A DNA stretch of 62,821 nt, the filler included. It is 4 parts of 4 records of this genome, joined end to end, with 100 filler letters (N's around TTAATTAATTAA, not from the genome) between each part and the next. Parts side by side here need not be neighbours in the genome. Positions count along the whole stretch, not along the records: positions 19,731 to 45,577 come from SRR2962707_1090; positions 45,678 to 52,108 come from SRR2962707_1096; positions 52,209 to 62,821 come from SRR2962707_1112; 1 more part is not named here. One strand, written 5' to 3'. Positions 44,092-52,344 of the stretch are shown one piece after another (position 1 is the stretch's first letter; each line of letters starts with the position of its first letter). Below the pieces are notes generated by a model. That model was not told the DNA's origin. It made no database searches and saw only the letters and a list, made by a program, of their open reading frames with translations. Position numbers and translations under genes: made by a program.

Positions 44092-45437
44092 GATGATGTC
44101 CCTCCCCGCTGAGCCAGCCCGTGCCAATCGACCCGGCGAGTCAGAATCATCACCGCGGCCAGCGCCGCGAACAGCAACAACGACCCCATCAACAGCGCGT
44201 AGTCCTCGGCCATCAGGATGCCGAACAGCAACCCCAATACGATCAACTGCGCCAGGGCGAATCCCCAGCCCGCCAGTTTCGACTTCAACACCGCGCTCAG
44301 GTACACCCCGATCAACCCCACGCAGGCCACCGCGCCCGATACATAGGCCCAGACAAAGTCCACGTGCTCGCCCAGCGCCACCAGCAGCAGGTAAAACATC
44401 GCCAGCGCTAGCCCCACCAGCAAATACTGCATCGGGTGCATGGCCACCCGGCGCATCACCTCGAACAGAAAGAAGGCGGCGAACGTCAGCCCGACAATCA
44501 GAAAGCTGTATTTCAATGCCCGCTCACTGGAAAGCAGACCGGTGACCGGCTGCACCAGGTCAACGCGCAAAAGCTGGCTGTCATCCCTGCAATGACCGTC
44601 GCTTTGCAGGCAGTCGATGGCGCTGGAAGCCGCCAGACTGTTGGTCTGCCAGCGGCCGATGAAACCGTCCTCGCTGACCTCCCGTTCCGCCGGCAACATC
44701 AGTCCGGAGAAGCTCGGATGGGGCCAGTCGCCACGCAGGGTCATTCGGGTTTCCTTGGCCATCGGCAACGCCGCCAGGCTGGTGCTGCCGTTCAGGTTCA
44801 AACGCAGACGGACCGTGAAGGGGCCGGACAAATCCTCCGGCAAAGGCGCCGCCACCACACCGCCACCTTGCAGCACGGAAGGCATCGACGCCGGCTCCAC
44901 CAACGGCAAGGTGCGCTCGCCGATACGCAACGCCGGCCGCTCCACCAGGCCGCGCAGGTCGCCAACCCGAAACACCAGCAGCGGCGTGCCAGACGATACG
45001 ATGGAGGCATCCGCTTTGGCGGCCTGCAGCCATTCCGCCGGGAAACGCGCCTCCAGTTCAATCACGCTCTGATACACCGGTGTACCGTAAATGCCACGGT
45101 ACAGCATGCGGCTTTGCAGATTGCCTTGGATGTCCAGGGTATCCGGCAGATAACGATCCAGATCACGGCGTAGCTTGCGGCGCGGGCTCACCGCTTCTTC
45201 CTCGGTGGCATCGCGGGTGCTCTCCGTCGCCCAGTACTCGCGCACGCGCGGCACCATCAACAGCGGCCCGACCAACGTCTGTTCCTTGGCGAATTGGTTG
45301 CTGATTTCGTAGCTCACCAGCCGCGCGCGGTTCTGGCGCTCATCGATTTTCACCTGAATCATCAGCAGCGGACCAACCAGCACCAGCATCAGGCCGCAAA
45401 TCATCAGGATTTTCCGTAGTGGACTGTAAGAAGCCAT
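44088..45437 (-). CDS. creD: Inner membrane protein CreD
   Basis: I.ERQ.R, QTLVGP, RGIYGTPVY, DWPHPSFSG..LP, ERALKYS.L, HPMQYLLVGLAL, LLLVALGEH, EDYALLMGS, MILTRRVDW. Confidence 0.94.
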   Translation of the reverse strand: MASYSPLRKILMICGLMLVLVGPLLMIQVKIDERQNRARLVSYEISNQFAKEQTLVGPLLMVPRVREYWATESTRDATEEEAVSPRRKLRRDLDRYLPDTLDIQGNLQSRMLYRGIYGTPVYQSVIELEARFPAEWLQAAKADASIVSSGTPLLVFRVGDLRGLVERPALRIGERTLPLVEPASMPSVLQGGGVVAAPLPEDLSGPFTVRLRLNLNGSTSLAALPMAKETRMTLRGDWPHPSFSGLMLPAEREVSEDGFIGRWQTNSLAASSAIDCLQSDGHCRDDSQLLRVDLVQPVTGLLSSERALKYSFLIVGLTFAAFFLFEVMRRVAMHPMQYLLVGLALAMFYLLLVALGEHVDFVWAYVSGAVACVGLIGVYLSAVLKSKLAGWGFALAQLIVLGLLFGILMAEDYALLMGSLLLFAALAAVMILTRRVDWHGLAQRGGTSS

Positions 45438-45479
45438 GGGTCACTCCCCTCTTTGGAGTGCCCAGCTTGCCCGCGCCGT

Positions 45480-45506
45480 TTGAGAGGAGTGTGGGGGTTT
45501 TGTGAG
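45480..45506 (-). promoter_or_regulatory. Degenerate cre-tag-like direct repeats upstream of creD
   Basis: Minus strand CTCAC-N6-CCCAC-N6-CTCAA, 11-bp periodicity, resembling the CreB site TTCAC-N6-TTCAC. Confidence 0.45.
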
Positions 45507-45534
45507 GATGGGGTGCTTACACGCCGATTCGCTG

Positions 45535-45577
45535 CTGTGGGAGCTTTGCCCTGTCTGTGGGAGCTTGCCTGCAAGCG
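45535..45577. repeat. REP-like units at the contig end
   Basis: CTGTGGGAGCTTTG and CTGTGGGAGCTTGCCTGCAAGCG, similar to the arms at 23147-23239; the contig terminates inside the repeat. Confidence 0.75.
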
Positions 45578-45677
45578 NNNNNNNNNNNNNNNNNNNNNNN
45601 NNNNNNNNNNNNNNNNNNNNNTTAATTAATTAANNNNNNNNNNNNNNNNNNNNNNNNNNNNNNNNNNNNNNNNNNNN
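45578..45677. other. Artificial contig spacer
   Basis: N44-TTAATTAATTAA(45622-45633)-N44. Confidence 0.98.
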
Positions 45678-45678
45678 G

Positions 45679-46386
45679 CTCAACGCCATTATCGGCTTTT
45701 CCGAGGTTCTCAAGTCCGAGTTGCTCGGCGCGCACGCCGTGCCGCAATACAAGGAATATGCTGGCGATATTCATGCCAGCGGGCAGCACCTTTTGACGCT
45801 CATCAATGAACTACTCGACCTCTCACGCATCGAAGCCGGCAAGTACGACCTCAACGAAGAGGGCATTTCCCTTGTCGATATTTCCGACGATTGCCGCCGC
45901 ATGCTCGAAATCCGGGCCCGGTCAAAGAATGTCGACCTCCAGTTCGAGGCCGGTGAAGGGCTCCCCAAAATCTGGGGCGACGAGCGCGCCGTGCGTCAGG
46001 TCGTCCTCAACCTGCTCTCGAACGCCATCAAGTTTACGCCGCAGTCGGGCAAGATCGTCCTGACTGTGGGAAGGTCCACCGATGGCGGGCAATTCATCTC
46101 GGTGGTCGACAACGGCCCCGGCATCCCCGAAGAAGAAATCGAAACCGTCCTATCGTCCTTTGGCCAGGGGTCGTTGGCGCAAAAGACGGCCGAACAGGGC
46201 GCCGGACTTGGCCTGCCCATCGTGCAGAAGATCATGGACCTTCACCAGGGCCGGTTCGACCTGTTCTCCAAGCTGCGCTTCGGCACAGAAGTGATCGCCA
46301 CCTTCCCCCGCGCCCGCGTCATGGAAGGCATCGCGCCCGTGGTCGAGCAGCGCAACAAGCTTGAGATCTACTCCGAAGCCTCCTAG
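45679..46386 (+). CDS. Sensor histidine kinase (PleC/DivJ-like HisKA + HATPase), 5'-truncated
   Basis: LNAIIGFSE at the contig edge, LINELLDLSRIEAG, QVVLNLLSNAIKFT, VVDNGPGI, GAGLGLPIV. Confidence 0.93.
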   Translation, partial: LNAIIGFSEVLKSELLGAHAVPQYKEYAGDIHASGQHLLTLINELLDLSRIEAGKYDLNEEGISLVDISDDCRRMLEIRARSKNVDLQFEAGEGLPKIWGDERAVRQVVLNLLSNAIKFTPQSGKIVLTVGRSTDGGQFISVVDNGPGIPEEEIETVLSSFGQGSLAQKTAEQGAGLGLPIVQKIMDLHQGRFDLFSKLRFGTEVIATFPRARVMEGIAPVVEQRNKLEIYSEAS

Positions 46387-47066
46387 ACGGCCCGTAGATC
46401 CTCGACAAGCACTCCTGCCAGGGCGATTTCCGCATCATGGGGTTCATCGCGGATGGTCTCGGCGAGCCCTGCTTCATACCACTCCTTCATGGCCGGCAAT
46501 GCCAGAAGCCTTTCGGCATAGGCCATGGAGGTATCGCTGAGCTTCAGTCCGTAGGTCTGCATGCGGAAGGCGACCGGACAAAAGAACGCGTCGACCGCCG
46601 TAAATGTCTCACCGGCGAGAAACGGCCCGCCGAAACGCGCAAGGCCCTCGCTCCAGAGTTCGTCCAACCGGTCGAGATTGGCTTGCAACGCTGCGCTGAC
46701 TTCGTGCATGCGCACCCGGACGCCGATATTCATGCCGCAGATATTGCGCAGGGCCGATAACCCCGAATGCATTTCGGCCGTGGCCGATCGCGCCCAGGCG
46801 CGCGCTGCCCGATCCGCGGGCCAGACATGGGGATGGTCTTCGGCTACATATTCGGTGATGGCCAGCGAATCCCAGACGGTCAGGTCGCCATCCACAAGGC
46901 ACGGCACGAGGCCCGTCGGCGAAAACTTGCGAAATTCCTCATAGCTGGAGCCCTGCAGGAACGGCACGAAGCGCTCATCGAAATCGATGCCGAGCGTCTT
47001 GAGCAGAACCCAGGGCCGCAGCGACCACGAGGAATAATTCTTGTTGGCGATATAGAGCGCATACAT
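46383..47066 (-). CDS. Glutathione S-transferase family protein
   Basis: LYIANKNYSSWSLRPW, SPTGLVPCL, VWDSLAI.EY, ARS.TAEMHSG, FTAVDAFFCPV. Confidence 0.93.
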   Translation of the reverse strand: MYALYIANKNYSSWSLRPWVLLKTLGIDFDERFVPFLQGSSYEEFRKFSPTGLVPCLVDGDLTVWDSLAITEYVAEDHPHVWPADRAARAWARSATAEMHSGLSALRNICGMNIGVRVRMHEVSAALQANLDRLDELWSEGLARFGGPFLAGETFTAVDAFFCPVAFRMQTYGLKLSDTSMAYAERLLALPAMKEWYEAGLAETIRDEPHDAEIALAGVLVEDLRAV

Positions 47067-47153
47067 GGCGTTTCTCCGTCAAAAGCAACTTCAATTTACC
47101 GGCGTCCCGACGGGTGCGAAAAGCACCAGTCGGACACGATTTCACGGTTCCGC

Positions 47154-48170
47154 TCAGGACGATTTTTCGTCCACGGCGGCTTCGGCGAAGGTTGCCATGT
47201 TCTTGTGGAGGTGCAGCGCCGTCTTGCACAGGACGGCTGCCAGTGCGGCGCCACTCCCCTCCCCCAGCCGCATGCCGAGATCGAGCAATGGCTTGGCGGA
47301 CATCCTTTCGAGCGCAAGTGCGTGACCGCCCTCAGCCGAGACATGCCCGAACAGGCAGTGGTCGATCGAGGCTGGATTGACCGCGTGGGCAATGGCGGCC
47401 GCGGCTGTTGCCACGAACCCGTCGACGATTACCGGTACCTTCTGATGCCGCGTGGCGATGATCGCCCCGACCATGGCCGCTATTTCGCGCCCACCCAGAT
47501 TGGCAAGAATTTCAAAAGGTGTGTTGAGGCGCCCTGCATGGCGGTCGAGTGCCCTGTCTACCGCGTCGGCCTTGCGTTCAAGTCCGGCATCGTCAACGCC
47601 CGTGCCGCGTCCTACCCAGTCAGCGCCCGTCCCCCCATAGAGCGCAGCATAGATCGCCGCGGCGACGGTGGTGTTGCCGATCCCCATTTCGCCGATGCAC
47701 AAAAGGTCGACGTCGCCCGCAATGGCTTCCATGCCGTAGGCAATGGTTGCAGCGCAGGTCCGCTCGTCCATGGCCGGGACGACCGTGATGTCTCCCGTCG
47801 GCACCTCCAGCGCCAGTTCGAACACCCGCAAATTGATTTCGTGCAGGGCGCAAATCTGTGAGATCGCCGCCCCGCCCTTGGTGAAATTGTTGACCATCTG
47901 CTTGGTCACATCGCGCGGAAAGGCCGACACGCCCTGATCGGTCACGCCGTGATTGGCGGCAAAGATCGCCACCATGGGGTCTTCGAATGTGGGTTCGGCC
48001 TTGCCCTGCCAGCGCGCGATATGCTCGACCAGAAATTCCATCTCGCCGAGCGATCCGGCGGGTTTTGTCAATTGCGCGTCACGCGCCCTTACCGCCGCAA
48101 CCGCCGCCTCGTCCCCGTCCGGCCCGAGCATCAGGAGATCATGGAAATCGGTGAAGGCTTGGGCAGACAT
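47154..48170 (-). CDS. cobT: Nicotinate-nucleotide--dimethylbenzimidazole phosphoribosyltransferase
   Basis: LTKPAGSLG, FAANHGV, GEMGIGNTT, GRGTG, GGREIAA, VDGF, LDLGMRLGEGSGA, MATFAEA. Confidence 0.96.
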   Translation of the reverse strand: MSAQAFTDFHDLLMLGPDGDEAAVAAVRARDAQLTKPAGSLGEMEFLVEHIARWQGKAEPTFEDPMVAIFAANHGVTDQGVSAFPRDVTKQMVNNFTKGGAAISQICALHEINLRVFELALEVPTGDITVVPAMDERTCAATIAYGMEAIAGDVDLLCIGEMGIGNTTVAAAIYAALYGGTGADWVGRGTGVDDAGLERKADAVDRALDRHAGRLNTPFEILANLGGREIAAMVGAIIATRHQKVPVIVDGFVATAAAAIAHAVNPASIDHCLFGHVSAEGGHALALERMSAKPLLDLGMRLGEGSGAALAAVLCKTALHLHKNMATFAEAAVDEKSS

Positions 48171-48235
48171 GGTCGCTCCCGGATTCGAGTGGTATGAGGG
48201 GTGCTCCTTTTGGGACGAAAAGAGGAAAAACGCAA

Positions 48236-49066
48236 TTGAGCGATGCCGACAACCGCAACGGAACCCCGGGCGAAGACAATGCTCCTTCCAGGGCCGTTGA
48301 TTTGGTCTCTGACCTCGTCATGGCACTGCGTTTTTTCTCGCGCTTGCCGACCGGAGCGCGGCCACACGCCGTCCCCAATCTCGATCGCATCGCCAGAGTG
48401 CTGCCGCTCGCCAGTCTCCTGATCGGGATTGGGCCGGCCTGCGTGCTCTTGCTGTGCGTTGCCGGTGGCATTCCGCTGCTGTTTGCGGCAATCGCCGCCG
48501 CTGCGTGTTCGGCCATCGTGACGGGTGCCATGAGTGAGGACGCCGCGGCGGATGCAGCCGATGGCCTGTTTGGTGGCCATACCGCAGAGCGCAGGCTGGA
48601 AATCCTCAAGGACAGCCGCCACGGCACCTATGGGGTGCTGACCATAGTCTTTGTCGTGGGACTGAAGGTTGCTGCACTTTCGGCGCTCTCGGCCTATGGT
48701 GGGTTGGCGGCAGCGCTGGTGTGGCTTGCCGCGGCGCTGCTCGCGCGCACGGGCGGTCTTTATTTCGCAATGGCCCTGCCGCCGGCGCGCGCCAGTGGAG
48801 CCTCAGCCGCCGCCGGGCGACTTTCGCGGAACGCTTTCGGGTTCGGGCTCGTTTTCGCTCTCGGTATTGCAGCGGTGCTTGCAGTTCCGTTTGTTCCCCC
48901 CCTTGGATTTGTCGTTGCGGTCGTCATCGCTGCGCTCATCGCATTGGGATGGACACGGCTTTGTGACCGGCTGGTGGGCGGCCAAACGGGCGATCTTATC
49001 GGCGCTTTGCAGGCGCTGCTTGAAATTGCCCTATTGGCAACCTTTATGCGTATGATTGCCGGTTGA
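48236..49066 (+). CDS. cobS: Adenosylcobinamide-GDP ribazoletransferase (cobalamin synthase)
   Basis: ALRFFSRLP, VTGAMSEDAAADAADGLFGG, RRLEILKDSRHGTYGV, GGQTGDLIGA; divergent from cobT. TTG 48236 after GAGGA; ATG 48194 is an alternative. Confidence 0.94.
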   Translation: MSDADNRNGTPGEDNAPSRAVDLVSDLVMALRFFSRLPTGARPHAVPNLDRIARVLPLASLLIGIGPACVLLLCVAGGIPLLFAAIAAAACSAIVTGAMSEDAAADAADGLFGGHTAERRLEILKDSRHGTYGVLTIVFVVGLKVAALSALSAYGGLAAALVWLAAALLARTGGLYFAMALPPARASGASAAAGRLSRNAFGFGLVFALGIAAVLAVPFVPPLGFVVAVVIAALIALGWTRLCDRLVGGQTGDLIGALQALLEIALLATFMRMIAG

Positions 49067-49084
49067 ACCCATTTTGGATCTTTC

Positions 49085-49771
49085 ATGCTGTTTGTCGCTT
49101 TCGCCATCCTGATCGTGGTCGGACTTGCCGTCGCCATCAGTGCCGACGCCGGCGCTGTTTTCGGACTGACGCAAGCCCAAACGGCGAGCGCCATTCCGCT
49201 CGTGGTGATAGGGACACTTGTAGCCAGTGCGCTTGTGGGTCGGCGGCACAGGCTGGGAGAAATCCTGTCGGGATTTGTCATCTGGATCGCCATTGGCGGC
49301 ATTTTGGTGCTCGGCTACACCTATCGCGGCGATATTGAGCGGATGGGCCAACGGGTGTTTGGCGCCTTGCAGCCCGGAGCCGCCATCGTCGACCCCCAGT
49401 CCGGAAACGTCCATGTTTCCCGCTCGTTCGGCGGCAGTTTCAGCATCGATACACGTATCAACGGCACCAAGGTGCCAATGATCTTCGACACTGGCGCCAG
49501 CGCCGTTGTGCTCTCCCACGACGACGCAGATGCGGCCGGCATCGATACCGACAATCTGCGCTATACCATCCCCGTGCAGACCGCCAACGGTACAGGCGCT
49601 GCCGCGCCCATCCGGATCGAGCAAATCGAAGTGGGCAACATCGTGCGCCGCAATATCCGGGCCTTTGTGGCCGAGGACAATGCGCTCGAAACCTCGCTCT
49701 TGGGCATGACCTTCCTCGAAACGCTATCGCGTTACACAGTCAGCCAGGATTCTCTGGAGCTTCATAATTAG
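49085..49771 (+). CDS. TIGR02281-type retropepsin-like aspartic protease
   Basis: N-terminal TM helices, INGTKVPMIFDTGASAVVL, VQTANG, SLLGMTFL. Confidence 0.92.
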   Translation: MLFVAFAILIVVGLAVAISADAGAVFGLTQAQTASAIPLVVIGTLVASALVGRRHRLGEILSGFVIWIAIGGILVLGYTYRGDIERMGQRVFGALQPGAAIVDPQSGNVHVSRSFGGSFSIDTRINGTKVPMIFDTGASAVVLSHDDADAAGIDTDNLRYTIPVQTANGTGAAAPIRIEQIEVGNIVRRNIRAFVAEDNALETSLLGMTFLETLSRYTVSQDSLELHN

Positions 49772-50650
49772 CGCCGCCTCCCGGGCTGAACGCTTCAGCG
49801 AGCAGGTCGAAGACCACGCGTATACGCGGGCTGGTCCGTAATTCGCGATGCACGGTCAGCCATATCGGTGCCGGCAAGGGCTCCATATCGGGCAGGATGC
49901 GTTCAAGGTCTGAGAACTGATCTGCAGTCCGAATCCCAGCCCGCGCCGGATGAGCTCAAGCCCCACCAGCGAGCTGATGCACAGCCAGCGAAAGTTCGTG
50001 CGGGTCACGGGTATGCCGCGCTTGTTCAGCTCCTGATCCACGGAATCATCGGGTGCAAAGCCGATAAATGGCGCTTGGGCCAGATCGCCCGGTTGGGCTG
50101 GGCGCCCGAACCTGTCCAGAAACGATTTAGCCGCATAAAGGCCCACTTCGGTGTCCCGGCACCGCCGCGCAATAAGATCGTCGTGCTCGGGCCTGACGTG
50201 GCGAATGGCAATGTCGGCCTCACGGCGCATCAGGTCGTCGATCGAATTCGACGCGATGATTTCGACCTCGATCCCCGGCGCAACCGCATAGAGCTTTTCC
50301 AGGATGGCCGGCAAAACGTGGGCGGCCAGAATGTCCACCGCCGTGATCCGCACCCGCCCCTCCAGAGCCTGCGACTGAGAGGATGCCGTAATGGCGATTC
50401 GATCGGCTGCCGCGCCCATGGCCTGCACGTACCCGGCCAACCGCCGCCCCGTCTCGGTCAGCGCCAGCCGCCGTCCCACCCGCTCGAACAGCAACAGGCC
50501 CAGATCGTCCTCAAGAGCAGCGATTTGCCGGCTCAATGTGGGTTGTGTCAGCCCCAAGGCCCTGGCCGCAGCCGAAAGCGAGCCTGCCTCGATGGTTGCG
50601 AGGAAGGCGCGCATCTGGTTCCAGTCAAAGCCAGGCGGCATCGCGTTCAT
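49740..50650 (-). pseudogene. LysR-family regulator with a frameshift near 49925 (C-terminal ~60 aa out of frame)
   Basis: HTH FDWNQMRAFLATIEAGSLSAAARALGLTQPTLSRQI. After ..RRGLGFGL the frame stops at 49856, while the typical LysR tail ADQFSDLERILPDMEPLPAPIWLTVHRELRTSPRIRVVFDLLAEAF continues in another frame to TGA at 49740. Confidence 0.8.
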
Positions 50651-50747
50651 GCAAGAATGTATAACACTCGTGCAAAATTGGGCAATTTCTCTATGAGCCG
50701 CTCTGGGATAATCTTTGTGCCGGTCAAACTGACCGGAGGGAGTTGCT

Positions 50748-51371
50748 ATGGCTGCGACAAGCAAGTTCTGGGACAAGACAGCGGACAAATACGCCCGTCT
50801 GCCGATCACCCACGAGGATGACTACCAGACCAAGCTCAAGGTCACTCAGGGCTATCTGCGGCCTGACATGGAACTGCTCGAATTTGGCTGCGGCACCGGT
50901 GGCACGGCCATCGCGCATGCGGCCCACGTCTCGCAAATCCGGGCCATCGATTTTTCCGAGCGCATGCTTGAAAAAGCGCGTCAGCGCGCCGACGAGGCGG
51001 GCGTCACCAACGTCACTTTCGAGCGCGCCGACATCACAACCCTGCCGCTCCCCGACCAGCCATATGACATGATACTCGGTCTGAGCGTCCTGCATTTGCT
51101 CAAGGACCCCGACACGGTAATCGCCAAGATCTACCGCATGCTCGCCCCGGGCGGATATTTCGTCTCAAGCACCGCGTGCCTGGGCGACACCATGGGCTAT
51201 TTCAAGGTGCTTGCTCCCATCGGCCGCGCTGTGGGCCTGCTCCCGATCCTCAAGGTCATGAGCACCGACGAGGTGATTGCCAGTATCAAGCGTCCCGGTT
51301 TCGAGATCGCCCATCGCTGGAAACCGGGCGAGGATCGGGCGCTGTTCGTTGTGGCGCGCAAGCCGGAGTAA
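50748..51371 (+). CDS. Class I SAM-dependent methyltransferase
   Basis: FWDKTADKYA, LLEFGCGTGGTA, AIDFSERML, VLHLL.D, LAPGGYFVSST; GGAGGG RBS; divergent from LysR. Confidence 0.92.
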   Translation: MAATSKFWDKTADKYARLPITHEDDYQTKLKVTQGYLRPDMELLEFGCGTGGTAIAHAAHVSQIRAIDFSERMLEKARQRADEAGVTNVTFERADITTLPLPDQPYDMILGLSVLHLLKDPDTVIAKIYRMLAPGGYFVSSTACLGDTMGYFKVLAPIGRAVGLLPILKVMSTDEVIASIKRPGFEIAHRWKPGEDRALFVVARKPE

Positions 51372-51378
51372 TTTGCGC

Positions 51379-52108
51379 TCAGGCGACGCGTGCGGCCCCA
51401 GCGGCCTCATTGATCTGGGCGAATGCGGCGGCGATCACTTCGGGCCCGGCACCGGGCTTGCAGGCTTCGACACTCAGGATCTGCCGGAAGCGCCGTGCAC
51501 CGGGCAAGCCATTGGCCAGCCCGAGCATGTGGCGCGTGATCTGATTAAGGCGCGTGCCCTTGCCCAATTCGATTTCGGAATAGGCGGTCATGGCGGCTTG
51601 GATGTCGTCGAGTGTTTTGGGCGCGCGATCCTCGCCAAACACTTTGGCGTCGGCGACCGCCAGAATAATCGGATCGTGATACGCCGCGCGACCGAGCATC
51701 ACACCATCGGTGTGCTTGAGGTGCATTTCGCATTCCTCGAGTGATTTGATGCCGCCATTTATCATCACCGGGAAATCGCCGAGCCGCTGTCTCAGCCGGT
51801 ACACCCGCTCATAATGGAGAGGCGGTATATCCCTGTTTTCCTTGGGCGAAAGTCCTTTGAGCCATGCTTTTCGCGCATGGACGTAGAGCGCTTCGATGCC
51901 CGTGGGCAGTACGGCATCGACAAAGCGATCGAGGTCGGCCTCGCTGTCCTGATCGTCGATCCCGATCCGGCATTTGACGGTGACCGGGATGTCGGTGGCC
52001 TCCGCCATGGCCATCAGGCACTGGGCGACGAGCCCCGGTTCGGCCATCAGGCACGCACCGAATTTTCCCGACTGCACCCGGTCGGACGGACAGCCGACAT
52101 TGAGATTG
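51379..52108 (-). CDS. dusA: tRNA-dihydrouridine(20/20a) synthase, 5'-truncated
   Basis: NLNVGCPSDRVQSGKFGACLM, VTVKCRIGID, VHARKAWLKGLSPKENRDIPPL, INGGI, GVMLGRAAY. Confidence 0.95.
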
Positions 52109-52208
52109 NNNNNNNNNNNNNNNNNNNNNNNNNNNNNNNNNNNNNNNNNNNNTTAATTAATTAANNNNNNNNNNNNNNNNNNNNNNNNNNNNNNNNNNNN
52201 NNNNNNNN
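52109..52208. other. Artificial contig spacer
   Basis: N44-TTAATTAATTAA(52153-52164)-N44. Confidence 0.98.
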
Positions 52209-52344
52209 CCTCGCAGACGCGGCAGTTGAGCAACTGTCAAGCCCGCACCGAGTAAATAAATAAAAATTATGTTGCCTACTATTCAAAATCTAAGCACAAG
52301 ATATTCAGTAAACCCTGTCCACGACCTGGTACTCGTGCACTCAA

